The translations under genes were made by a program, and so were the position numbers. Under the pieces are notes generated by a model. That model did not search any database and was not told where the DNA came from. It saw nothing but the letters and a program-made list of their open reading frames with translations. This document shows, piece after piece, positions 27,564-38,256 of a stretch of 64,000 nucleotides of DNA. The stretch comes from Nitrosopumilus sp. (GTDB lineage: Archaea; Thermoproteota; Nitrososphaeria; Nitrososphaerales; Nitrosopumilaceae). The stretch is from contig CBDBGZ010000004.1 in the NCBI GenBank assembly GCA_965205425.1, positions 64,001-128,000 on the forward strand. The letters run 5' to 3'. The number at the start of each line of letters is the position of its first letter. The first letter of the stretch is position 1.

Positions 27564-29577
27564 ATTATTCCAAAACAAAAAACTTTTTGATCACTATGTA
27601 TGGTAAAATTTGATGAACAAGTTAGAATCACTTGAAAGCAGCATACAAAAAAGAAAACTCCAAGGTTGCAGTAAGGATGCTTGCAGTGTTGATGATTCTA
27701 AAGGATGGAAAGGACATATAGTGCACTGCAAAGACATTACACCACTGCACAAGCTGGGTGAGAAAATGGACGAGTCGTTTTGAGATAGATGGCCTCTACG
27801 ACCACCCAAGAAGTGGCAGGCCAAGAACAATCTCCCAGACTCGAATGGATGCTATCATGTCAAAAGCAATGCTAACTTTGTTTACCCCCATAATGTTGCA
27901 ACAAAGTATCTTTTATTCCACTGGAGTAAAATTTCACATAACCCACATCAGAAAGATAATGCACCAATACGGCATGTCTGCAAAAACTGCACAAAAATAT
28001 CACATCAACCATGCAAGTATATCTGCTGTGAGAAGCTGGCAACAACGCATCAAAAAGAGAATTTCACGCCTAAAAAAGAAAGGATTTGTCATTGCAATGG
28101 CTGATGAAGCATTCTTTGTAAGGGATACAAAAACAGGAAAAAAGTACTGGTCACCAGTTGCCAAGAGAATATTTCTTCCATATACAGGACGACATGAGAG
28201 TCTGGCAGTGTATGGTACAATTACAGAAAATGGCAATCAACTATTCAGAGTTTATGACAAATTCGGCCTTGTAGAAATCATAATAAAATAACAAAATCTA
28301 ATTTTCTAATCCTGTAAGCATTGTATGCAATTAACCTGTACAACATCCCATTGTCCTGAGTTGTAGCATTTCTTGATGTGACATCTCCTGACATTATCTG
28401 TTTGATCACAAAAAAGATTGTTTCAGATTTGTTTCTCTGATGGTACAATTGTACAGGAAAGTTCCTCTTCATCTCCTTTCTGTGAATTCCGCTGGTTCTG
28501 TAAATTGGAACTGTTCTATATCGAGTTGGAATTATTGCAGCTGTGTTGATCTGTTCTGCACCAACATGGTTATTCTCATCATCAAAACCCATGTCACCTA
28601 ACACAATATCAACTGGAACAATATTGTTGGTTTTGTACAACAATGGCAGAAAATCAGGATTATCATGTTGCATGTTGTGGTGTGTCATGACACAGCAAAC
28701 AAGCTGTGTATTCATGTCAGCACAAACAACAACTTTTAGGAAATTCCTGCGTAACTGTACTCTTTTTGTATAATAGTATGATGCTGTACTGTAACTGAAT
28801 CCGCTACCATCAATTCCAGCTAGAACCAGTCTGACTTTTTTGTACAAAATGAATTCCTGCAACATTTTATGTAACAGATTTCCTTCCAGTCTTGCAGCTG
28901 CCTTTTGTAGTGTGGTGTAATGTGGAATGGTAGACAAACCAAGATATTCCTGAATTCCTACACATTCTTCTAAAAATTCTGTAAATCTTCTATAACTCTT
29001 TGATTCGTACTGTCGTATTGCCAAGAGTATGAGATGTGTCCAAACAGAATAGATATGATTTGATTTTGGATGTAAGAACCTGGGAATTCTGCATCTGGTG
29101 ATTATATTGAGTAGTGTTTTGCACATTTTGACGTATGATGAGACCATACTGTAATCTGCAAATACAATCCTAATGGATCTAAATTAGCTAAAATGTGTCA
29201 CAATTGGGTTAAAATCAGATGGTTTCTACAAGGCCGACAAATTCAATGCTGTGACATTTGTAGAGTACCTAAAGGAATTGCATCAGAAATACGGCAAGAT
29301 TGCAATCATTTTAGATAGAGCATCAGTTCACAAATCAAAGAAGGTAAAGGAATATCTTGCAAACAATAGAGATGTCAAACTAATCTGGTTGCCAAAGGGA
29401 TCACCATACTTGAAGAACATGATAGAGCAGTGCTGGAAGATAAGCAAGTATGCATTGTTGGTTTCAGAGTATTATGCAATGTTTACAATAATGAACAAGG
29501 CAGTGTCCGAATATTTCAGAGTGACAAAGTTCAAGCTTGATGTTGCAAATTATATCTTTAGAAATCCTGCAAAGATG
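27536..29577 (+). mobile_element. IS630 type B copy 3 (nonsense mutation, interrupted by IS5, right TIR deleted)
   Basis: CAG>TAG at 27719-27721; split at 28264/29245; fused to IS66 sequence at about 29577. Confidence 0.92.
28265..29235 (-). mobile_element. IS5 family element (transposase 28278-29147)
   Basis: TIR GGCCTTGTAGAAA; 9-bp TSD GACAAATTC at 28256-28264 and 29236-29244; IDGSG, HD, GDMGFD, RNKSET motifs. Confidence 0.95.
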
Positions 29578-30369
29578 CTTCAAGCCTTTACAATCTAAAG
29601 ATATCTGCAGGCACCATCAACAACTGCTTGTGCAATGTATCATCTGCACTGGAGCCTATGGTAGAACAAATCAAGCAGGACATTTGCGACTCAAAATCTG
29701 CTCATTTTGATGAGACAAAATATTCCATACATGGAAAAACTAGATGGGTATGGACTGGGGTAAATCAGAACTCTTGTTACATCACAGTTGAGAAAAACAG
29801 GGGTGCAAATGTATTGCAAAAACATTTCTCATCGTTTAATGGAGTTGCCATTTGTGACGGATGGATGCCATACCATATGTTTGGTATCAGACAGAAGTGT
29901 TGGGCACACATACTGCGTGAAGCAAGACACATGTCAGAAAAACTAGAAACAGACAATTCAAAATCACTGTATTATTCCTTGCAGAGATTATTTTACGATA
30001 TCAAAGGCATACAACCAAGTGATACAGCACATGATGCTGCAGTGAATCTCTTTGAAAGAATTGTTTCTGAGCATTGCAATGAAAAGGAACTGGAGAAATT
30101 CCTAAACAAATTGTATAATACAAAATACGATCTGTTTACATTTTTGCTGTATGAAAACATAGAACCTACAAACAATGCAGCAGAACACGCGTTGAGAGAA
30201 TCCGTCATTCACAGAAAGATTCGAGGATGTGTTAGGAATGAGAAGGGTATGAGAATGTTTGGAAATCTGATGAGTTGCATCATGACATGGAATATGAGGA
30301 ATTGTAATCTTTTGTACGAGATTGTAAAGTATGTGTGAGTTGGGATCTAAACACATACCCGACACTTAC
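29578..30369 (+). mobile_element. IS66 family transposase, 3' part with right end
   Basis: HFDET, QKCWAHILRE, EPTNNAAE motifs; terminus ...GACACTTAC (GTAAG on the reverse strand). Confidence 0.88.
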
Positions 30370-30415
30370 CACTAGAAAATAGCTCTCGTTAACTTACCAG
30401 TTCCGTTTTTCCTAT

Positions 30416-30640
30416 TCATGGAGACCAATCTCCAACACCACCACCATCATTCCAAATATCATCTTCAATAATATTATGAATTTTAAGACGATTCAAAAAT
30501 AAACAAGTATCAGGATCTAAACCAATAATGCAAAGATTAGTAATTAATGGCAAACTGAAATAAAAAACAACAAAACCAACTATCCCAACAAAAATAGTTT
30601 TTCTATTAAAAATAAAAAAAGAAGGGTGATTAAAGACCAA
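30416..30640 (-). CDS. Small membrane protein
   Basis: 74 aa, one TM helix, overlaps the upstream stop. Confidence 0.5.
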   Translation of the reverse strand: MVFNHPSFFIFNRKTIFVGIVGFVVFYFSLPLITNLCIIGLDPDTCLFLNRLKIHNIIEDDIWNDGGGVGDWSP

Positions 30641-31508
30641 CTACAATAGAGCTATACACAGTTCTATCAGCACCAGAAGCTAATGGAGAACACACAAAGA
30701 ATGTTGCAGATTGATAGTTGTAATTCCAAGTGAAAGTAGGATCACTATGACAACTTGCAACCCAAGCACCATCAGAAGTTTTTATAGAAACCCAAGAATC
30801 AACTTGTTTTGTTTGAGGTGGATGTTCGCCAATATACTTTATTTTGTTTGCTATTTCAAGATAACCTGGAGATGCAATTGATGGTAAAGTTGCAGAAGGT
30901 GTAGAAACTAAACTACCATCTAATGCATTACTATACAACCAACTAGAATTACAGACAAGTAATCCAGTATGACAACTATAGAAATATTTCACGCCGACAT
31001 TAAAGTCGTAAATTCTGTGCGATACATTTCTAATTGGATATTCACCTTCATCCGTTTCAAACTCTTCTAAGAGCTGCTTCCAAACTGTAGGATCTTGTTC
31101 ATATTTTTCTGCAATGACAACTCCAGCTCGTAGCATATCAATTGTCATTAAATCTAACTCATGTTGTTTTCCAGCTTTTGTTTCTAGATTTACATCTTCG
31201 TTGATTGAAACAATCAACTTGGATGCTTTCTCGCCAATTTCTTTTTGATTAATTGGTATCGGTACTGGTATCGGCTCAGAATTTTGTAGATTTTCTAAGA
31301 TTTGATCTTTTATCTCATCAGGTACGTTTGAATCTGGGAATAATAAATCATACAGAGCATATGATTTATCATCTTGTTCTTCGTTTACCGTGATTGGTCC
31401 TTGATTTGTGTTTTCGTCTCCTGGAGTTTGTGCAAATGAGTTTATCATTACAATTGGAATTAACAAAATCAATGCTAAGAAAGGAATTGTGTATTTTGTT
31501 TTGTTCAT
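30630..31508 (-). CDS. Secreted hypothetical protein
   Basis: Signal peptide (SFA|Q), acidic helical N-half, Cys-containing beta-rich C-half. Confidence 0.75.
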   Translation of the reverse strand: MNKTKYTIPFLALILLIPIVMINSFAQTPGDENTNQGPITVNEEQDDKSYALYDLLFPDSNVPDEIKDQILENLQNSEPIPVPIPINQKEIGEKASKLIVSINEDVNLETKAGKQHELDLMTIDMLRAGVVIAEKYEQDPTVWKQLLEEFETDEGEYPIRNVSHRIYDFNVGVKYFYSCHTGLLVCNSSWLYSNALDGSLVSTPSATLPSIASPGYLEIANKIKYIGEHPPQTKQVDSWVSIKTSDGAWVASCHSDPTFTWNYNYQSATFFVCSPLASGADRTVYSSIVVGL

Positions 31509-31655
31509 GTTATTAGATTAATAAAATTAGTCCTAGCTAATAAAATGATCCTTGATTGGTTCTGTGTAATCTTCGGGATCTGAAATATTGATCTTCTTCA
31601 GATTGAATAGTAGAACTTAGAATATATAAAAATTGGATTTAGATTATGAGTAGTA

Positions 31656-32010
31656 TTAACTATTCCAATCATTGACTAATTGTTTTTCTAATTCAGATAA
31701 TACATCGTCCAATGATTTATTCCAATTCTTTATAGAAATATTATCTATGGAGCAATTTTCATCAGAAGGTATTAAAAATACTATGTCTACAAAACCTGTT
31801 TTATTTGAAATTTCGACTGGCAGTTTTTCAATAAATATGTCAATGTCAAGTGAACCTATAAGCGTATTATAAGTAACTTCAAGTCTAGTAGAAATTAAAA
31901 TGTCCTCATGTATAAATTCAATATGTTCTAAATGTTGTGTATTACCTGCATCTATCTTATTTTTTACTCTATCCCATAAAATTCTCTTGATGGATTGTAA
32001 TTTAATACTC
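31656..32010 (-). pseudogene. 3' remnant of a hypothetical gene truncated by IS481
   Basis: Open frame SIKLQSIKRILWDRVK...NDWNS* with no start, abutting the IS end. Confidence 0.55.
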
Positions 32011-33052
32011 TATCTTTTCCGGAAATTATTTCACCCCTTAACTAGGAGAGCATCATTCCCATACTATCGTATGCGTGGGTATCGTGGCATACCTATGGTA
32101 AAGTTAGATGAGAATAAGATCAGGTGGATTATACAATCTAAAAATGAAAAAGTCAAGAATTTAGATATTTCAGTAATCCTCAAGATAACGCCTAGAAGAG
32201 TACAACAAGTCTACTCTCAGTACAAAAAAACCAAAAAGATTCCCACACTCAAAAGACCAGGGCGTCCAAAAAAGCCAGTCACTGTACACGAGATAGAGCT
32301 AGTCAAACAAGTTCAAGAAAAATTTCATACAAACGCACTATACCTTGAGAAAATCATATCAAAATTGTACAATACCAAGATAAACCACAATCGCATCCAC
32401 AAGATTATGCTAGATGAAGGATTATCAGTTGAGCAACCACGGAAAAAGATGAGAAGAAAGTGGATCAGGTATGAACGTGAATATTCAAATTCACTGTGGC
32501 ATACTGACTGGCACACAATACATGATTCACGCTGGGCAGGAAAACAACTAATTGCATTTGAAGATGATGCCTCACGATTTATCACGGGTTTCGGAGGGTA
32601 TGATGAGGCAACATCTGTGAATTCTTCTGAAGTACTATCTGATGCAATAAAGAATCACGGTAGACCAGCATCCGTACTATCTGATAATGGAAAACAGTTC
32701 ACATCAAATGTCAATACTCTTGATCATAACAAGCCAGTAGACTTTGAGCAGCAACTAATGAGACATCACGTAAAGCACTCTCGTACAAGAGTGAGACATC
32801 CACAAACAAATGGTAAGCTAGAAAAGTTCTGGGATATCTTTGAGTGTAAAATAGAATACTTTGAGTCAGTGGAGCAGTTTATGCATTGGTACAATCACAT
32901 TAGAGTTCATGGCGCACTAGACTTGGATAATATGGAGACACCATCTGATGCGTATCACTCCAAGATGATAACAAACGAAATACTCATAGACCCAAGCATT
33001 CTATGGAGGAATTACTCATGAAAGTGACACGAAATAATTTTTGGAAAGAACA
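32011..33052 (+). mobile_element. IS481 type A copy 3
   Basis: 1042 bp, both TIRs present; flanks unrelated (no TSD). Confidence 0.95.
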
Positions 33053-33104
33053 ATGACTCTAACTTTGCACCGTAAATATTAAGGGCAAATTATCCAAAAG
33101 AAGA

Positions 33105-33614
33105 GTGTCTGAAGAATCAAGTATCACTATGGTTACAGAAACATACTTGATTGAAACCAATAAAAAAATTCTAGAAAGACACAGGAGATTAACTGGCAAA
33201 CAGGTGTGGATTGGCACAACACGTACCATTGACGCTGTAATTCCACATGTAGATAGTATTGGAAATTCAGGAAATAAAATAGAAGATTTGATTGAAAAAG
33301 CAGTTCATTTAATGTGTAAAATTGTTTGGGAACAACCTTTTGAGGATGGTAATAGAAGAACTGGAATAATTTCTGGTTCTATAAAGTACATTATGTTCAA
33401 CAATAACTCAAATGCCAATATGATTAATTCAGGTAGTTGTGCTTGGCATCAAAATGATAATATCGAATATGTGTCAAATCATGAGTTTGGCCATTATGCT
33501 GGAATGATACATCAAAGTGGTAGCACTAGCCATACAATGATGCATTCTGCATGTGATGTTGGATATGCTGTGATTAGATCTGGGGATATAACCCAAATCA
33601 ATGGATGGTATTAA
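33105..33614 (+). CDS. Chimeric ORF: Fic/Doc-like N-terminus fused to a metzincin C-terminus
   Basis: QPFEDGNRRTG (Fic motif, H>Q) followed by HEFGHYAGMIH and Met-turn TMM. Confidence 0.7.
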   Translation: MSEESSITMVTETYLIETNKKILERHRRLTGKQVWIGTTRTIDAVIPHVDSIGNSGNKIEDLIEKAVHLMCKIVWEQPFEDGNRRTGIISGSIKYIMFNNNSNANMINSGSCAWHQNDNIEYVSNHEFGHYAGMIHQSGSTSHTMMHSACDVGYAVIRSGDITQINGWY

Positions 33615-33616
33615 TT

Positions 33617-34255
33617 ATGAATCGAAAAATTACCTCAATTTTTGCCACAGTGGCAATATCTGCATTAAGTGGAGTGTTGATGACAACTGTTTTTGAAGAA
33701 GAACCTATTTCTCAACAACAAACAGAAATGCACTATATTCCATCGGATATGGGAAAATATTTTCCAGACTATGAATTGAGTTATTCTGAGGCAACATATG
33801 GTTCTATAGATATGAAACATTTGAACAAAGATGTAATACATACTGTTAAAGGAACTGTAGTTGACATCAGCGATATACAATATTGGGATGGCATAAATCC
33901 AAATGATGAAGCATTTGATAATGTTGATCTTGAAACAATCAAGGTAGAAGTCGATATTAAAGTGCAGACTGTTGCTAAATCTAAAACAGATCTTGCAAAA
34001 GGTGACATTATTACAATAACTCTTACGGGATTCAAATCAGGAAATCAGATCTGGTTTAACAGTAATGATCAATATGAAATTGGCGAGGTAGTTATTGTTC
34101 ACTTGGGTGAAGATCCAAATGATATTGTTGGTGAAGATATCAAATTCTCAATCGCAGGAGAACATACAAAATACACAGTACAAAATGGCAAGGCCTATAA
34201 TCATGACAATGGTAAAGGCAAACATGTCAAAGAAATATTAGATCAAGGCCTATAA
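33617..34255 (+). CDS. Secreted or anchored protein, distant paralog of 7921-8550
   Basis: MNRK + TM; TVKGTVVDI...ITITLTG...YEIGEVVIVHLG. Confidence 0.75.
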   Translation: MNRKITSIFATVAISALSGVLMTTVFEEEPISQQQTEMHYIPSDMGKYFPDYELSYSEATYGSIDMKHLNKDVIHTVKGTVVDISDIQYWDGINPNDEAFDNVDLETIKVEVDIKVQTVAKSKTDLAKGDIITITLTGFKSGNQIWFNSNDQYEIGEVVIVHLGEDPNDIVGEDIKFSIAGEHTKYTVQNGKAYNHDNGKGKHVKEILDQGL

Positions 34256-34282
34256 TCATGACAATGGTAAAGGCAAACATGT
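34189..34282 (+). repeat. 39-bp direct repeat, period 55
   Basis: CAAGGCCTATAATCATGACAATGGTAAAGGCAAACATGT at 34189-34227 and 34244-34282. Confidence 0.9.
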
Positions 34283-34329
34283 TGTATCCCAAAATCAGTT
34301 CGTCCCTTATTTGATATCGTATTCTTCTC
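34280..34329 (-). mobile_element. Isolated right end of an IS481 type-B-like element
   Basis: Matches the reverse complement of about 20313-20362 with about 3 mismatches. Confidence 0.88.
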
Positions 34330-34444
34330 GTAACCATAACCATATGTGCCAAAATCAGCTAGGAAATTAGATGGTACTTGCATTCGTATCAAGAAAGTAA
34401 GAAATGCAAACAAACACACTACCATTCCTGAAAAAAAATATTTG

Positions 34445-34978
34445 ATGTTTGTAGGATTGGATGTTCACAAGAACTCTGTACAGGTGGCAGCAGTAGATGA
34501 GATTGGCAAATTATTATTTAACAAAAAGATTTCCAGTGATTTTTCTGCTATTAGCAAAATTACATCCAAAATTCCAAAGAACGCAAAATATGTTTTAGAG
34601 TCATCATCTGTCTGGTATGGCCTTTATAGACACATGACAGACAAATTACATCTTGATGTTATACTATCTAATCCATACAACACAAAGATAATAGCATCAT
34701 CACTCAAAAAGACTGATAAAATTGATGCGTACCATCTTGCAAATTTGCTACGAGGAGGATACATTGCAGAATCATTTGTGCCAGATCACACAATTGTGCA
34801 ATACAGACAGCTTGTAAGACATCGACACAAGATTGTGCGCATCATTGTAAAGATGAAGAATTCCATACATGGTATTACACTACAGGAGGGAATCCATATC
34901 AAAGCAACACCATTTTCCTCAGAACACATACGTGCACTTGGAAAATTGGAGAGTTATAGAATAGATTCGTACCTATAG
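34445..34978 (+). pseudogene. IS110 family recombinase, N-terminal DEDD domain only
   Basis: FVGLDVHK, VLES, KTDKIDA motifs; interrupted by a MITE and truncated soon after. Confidence 0.9.
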
Positions 34979-35106
34979 CGAAAAGATAAAGTTCGTGAAC
35001 TAAAAATCATCAAAAAACTAGAGATTAGATGATTTTACCTAAGGTAAATACGAATAAACAATCTGAAACACCTTGAAAATAGTTCATGAACATATGCTTC
35101 TCGCTA
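34976..35106. mobile_element. 131-bp MITE with IS630-B-type ends
   Basis: TA flanks; left end identical to the IS630-B left TIR; right end (reverse complement) TAGCGAGAAGCATATGTTCATGAACTA. Confidence 0.9.
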
Positions 35107-35281
35107 TATCAGAACTTAGTTTTCTTTCTGATTTACACATGGATAGATCCTTTATCTTTTGATAGACTACTGCATTTCGCATGACTGCTTAATCACATTT
35201 TGATAAATAAACATGACTAAAACCATTTAGTAAATTCTCCTTTAGCATGATTCTCTTAAAGCATGAATTGAATTGATTCTC

Positions 35282-35623
35282 ATGGTTAAACCCACTATTG
35301 AATTGCCTATTTCAAAAAAACCCACTGATGCTGAATTAAAAAAACTAAAAGATTATTTCAAAGAAATGCCTGTAACTGAAATTCTTACTGGTCTGAAATT
35401 TGCAAAAAATAGATGGTCTGCAAAAGATGCTGGCACTCTCAAGGTAGGACGGAAAAGCATAATTCAGAAAGAAGTTCATTCTGTTACCACTGAACAAGCT
35501 CAGTGGAGATTAAAAAATTGGAAGATGATGATTGCTAATTATCGTAGACGTGGGTATAGTTATCCTACAATATCTAGAATAAAGAAAATTTTGGTTCAAA
35601 AAAGTAAAAAGAAATCAAAATGA
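35282..35623 (+). CDS. Basic hypothetical protein
   Basis: 113-aa Lys/Arg-rich ORF. Confidence 0.75.
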   Translation: MVKPTIELPISKKPTDAELKKLKDYFKEMPVTEILTGLKFAKNRWSAKDAGTLKVGRKSIIQKEVHSVTTEQAQWRLKNWKMMIANYRRRGYSYPTISRIKKILVQKSKKKSK

Positions 35624-35980
35624 TTCATTAAAACTTTGATTCCATTTCTTTGACCACCTTCTAATCAAATAAACTGCAATGGCATAAGCTATTGCATGAT
35701 GGATAATCATACTTGCAATAGATAGTTCGGGATTGCTTCCTAATATTGCATAATTCCAATCAAATCCACTTATTTCTGAATATACTTTTTCATTGTATAT
35801 CGATGTTTCATCAATCGGATTGATAAATAATTGAATGATTGTTGATACTGTTGCATATCCAATAAAGATTAGAAGATACCATCTTAATCTTTTAACGCGG
35901 TACGATGCAATAATATCCATTATGGGGATAAAGCAAAAAATTGTTTGCCATGATAAACTAACAGGTCCTTTAGCAGGCAC
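35615..35980 (-). CDS. Membrane protein
   Basis: Three hydrophobic segments. Confidence 0.7.
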   Translation of the reverse strand: MPAKGPVSLSWQTIFCFIPIMDIIASYRVKRLRWYLLIFIGYATVSTIIQLFINPIDETSIYNEKVYSEISGFDWNYAILGSNPELSIASMIIHHAIAYAIAVYLIRRWSKKWNQSFNESF

Positions 35981-36044
35981 GACATCATGAAATTATGATT
36001 GTTATTTAGTATTACTAATGATTTCTTTTAAAAATAAAAATAGG

Positions 36045-37043
36045 TTATTGGGTCCATCCCCAACTAACTAATTTTTGAACACTAGATGGTTTAACACAAG
36101 CTGGTTCTCCAGAATGTTTGAAAATCAATTCCATAGATGGTTTACATTGAACATCTTTTGCTTCAACCCCTTTGTTGATTTGTTTTAATGGAGCTAAAGA
36201 CGTTTCATCTGTTTCCTCAGTTTCTATATGTGGTATTTCATCTGTCTTATCTGAATTATTGGTATCCATGGATAAAGTCTCATCTAATTCCACAACTATT
36301 GGTGAATCGCTTCCAAAAACTTCTTCCATATGTTTTGATTCGGCAGATTCAATTCCACTTAAAATTTTAAATTCTTCAATGATTGCATCAACTAGAAGTG
36401 TAACCTCTGATGGATTTGCTCTTTGATCATATGCAAACCAAATTTCTCCATAAGTGTCATCCACGTCACCTGAACTTTCAATATCATTTCTTACTTCTTC
36501 AAAGATTTGCTGTGATCTCCAAATGAATGCTGAACCATCTTGAAATTCTGCCATTTCAACAATATCTCCATCCTCAATTGCTTCTTTGTATTCAACTTTG
36601 GATGTTTCAAGTAAACCGTTGATTAATTGTGCTTTAAATGATGAATCATTACTAAGTTCATCTCCAACCACAATATCTCTTGCTTCTTGAATGATCTCTT
36701 TTGCATCCTCAATTGCTGATTGTGCGTCACTTCTAGTGACCTTTGTACTTGCTTTATCCTTTAATTCAAACAAAGTTTGTTCTAATTTTGCTTTGAATTC
36801 GAGATTATCATCTAAATGAATACTCAGGGTATCAAATAATTCCGCAATTGGGTGTGTTGCATGAATTAATGCTAATTCAGAATTATTTTCATCAAGATTC
36901 ATCTCTAATGCCCAAAAATGTCCTAGAGTTTCTTCAAGTGTTCCTGCAAATTCTAATTTTAAATCTCTATCCGAATCTGCAAAAGCTATTGGTGAACTTC
37001 CTAGTACAATTATGGATAAAATCCCTAATGCAATTTTGTTCAT
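36045..37043 (-). CDS. Secreted acidic helical protein with C-terminal PLKQ...C...PACVK...GW module
   Basis: Signal peptide (AFA|D); His/Glu clusters (GHFW, HATHP, EYKE, EFQD). Confidence 0.8.
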   Translation of the reverse strand: MNKIALGILSIIVLGSSPIAFADSDRDLKLEFAGTLEETLGHFWALEMNLDENNSELALIHATHPIAELFDTLSIHLDDNLEFKAKLEQTLFELKDKASTKVTRSDAQSAIEDAKEIIQEARDIVVGDELSNDSSFKAQLINGLLETSKVEYKEAIEDGDIVEMAEFQDGSAFIWRSQQIFEEVRNDIESSGDVDDTYGEIWFAYDQRANPSEVTLLVDAIIEEFKILSGIESAESKHMEEVFGSDSPIVVELDETLSMDTNNSDKTDEIPHIETEETDETSLAPLKQINKGVEAKDVQCKPSMELIFKHSGEPACVKPSSVQKLVSWGWTQ

Positions 37044-37132
37044 ATTCTTAAAAAATATTACATTGTTTAAAGTGTTTCTTTATTGAAATTGTAATCTATA
37101 TTCTTATTCTATAGATTGAGAATTTAATTTTT

Positions 37133-38041
37133 GGTGATTATCAATTATTCACCACCAACATATAATCAAGCAATAATGAGAAAGTATCTTCCATCTCTGT
37201 TGTTACATCTCCATTCCATCTCTTTGATGTACAACAAGAATTTACCTGGACTGACACCATGATGCTTTGCCATGTTCTCTTTTGCAAAACTCCAAAACCC
37301 TTCGATTCCATTTATGTACACATCATCTTTGCCAAACATCTTGCTGTGGTCTATTGAGAGATGCTTGTAGCCATTGAAAACTAGTGAATTGTATCCTCTC
37401 CACTTGTCCGTATACACAATGCTTCCTTTCTTTACTTTCTTGATAGTACTTGTAAGAAGTGTCTTGGCCTTTACGTTCTTTACAATCTCAACATGAACTT
37501 TTCCATTTCTCTCTAAAATTCTAAATACAATAGTTTTGTTTTTAGATCCTCTGCCACGATTTCCCTTTCTTTTTCCTCCAAAATAGTACCTCGTCAGCCT
37601 CAATCTGACCCTTTAGAACATCATCTGTTTTGGATTGTTCTTCAAGTATTGAGAATCTCATGATGTCAAAAGAATGCAGTGCGGTAGGATAACTAACACC
37701 AACTTCTTTTGCTGCACGTCTTGCACTAATCCCAAGATCAAATAGTTTGATTAGAACCAACCATTTTGGATAATCAATATTGATGATGCCAAACTGTGTA
37801 TCTGAGAATGGTTTGTAGTTTGTCTTACATTTACTGCATCTCAAATTCCCTCTGCTCATCAGATAATATTTTGGAGAATCACACTTGGGACAACATACAG
37901 AACTTGTACTGTTGAATCTTTTACACAGAAATTTTAATGATGTTGATTTATCTGAAACTATTTTGGATAGCTCAATGATATTGATAGTTTTTTCCAATAA
38001 TTACATAAAATTAGTTTGGGGGTAATAGGTTTACAATCACC
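37133..38041 (-). mobile_element. IS1595 family element, frameshifted
   Basis: TIR GGTGATT; Zn ribbon CPKC..CSKC; EADE, YTDKW, INGIEGFWS motifs. Confidence 0.9.
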
Positions 38042-38124
38042 CAAATTTATTATAAAAGTAATTGTAACACAATATTCATAAAAATAATCATAATATTTTT
38101 AACTAAAATAATTATATTTTTTGC

Positions 38125-38229
38125 ATGAACAAACGTTTTGGTATGATCATAACTGCTTTGGGAACCATAGTTACTTTTGCTGTGATAATTGGCTCACCTA
38201 CACTTGGTGGCTTTGATGCTATGAGGTAA
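38125..38229 (+). CDS. 34-aa single-TM peptide
   Basis: MNKRFGMIITALGTIVTFAVIIGSPTLGGFDAMR, read manually. Confidence 0.5.
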   Translation: MNKRFGMIITALGTIVTFAVIIGSPTLGGFDAMR

Positions 38230-38256
38230 TTAATACCATAAATTTTGGAATGAGAA

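Noticed and set aside
31900..32070. Extended N-termini of IS481 transposases (also 23970-24074) and of IS110 (34346-34444)
   Set aside because: Read-through from flanking DNA or non-coding ends; not shared between copies.
24030..35130. Intact provirus
   Set aside because: No capsid, terminase, integrase or att pair recognised; only small Zn-finger genes.
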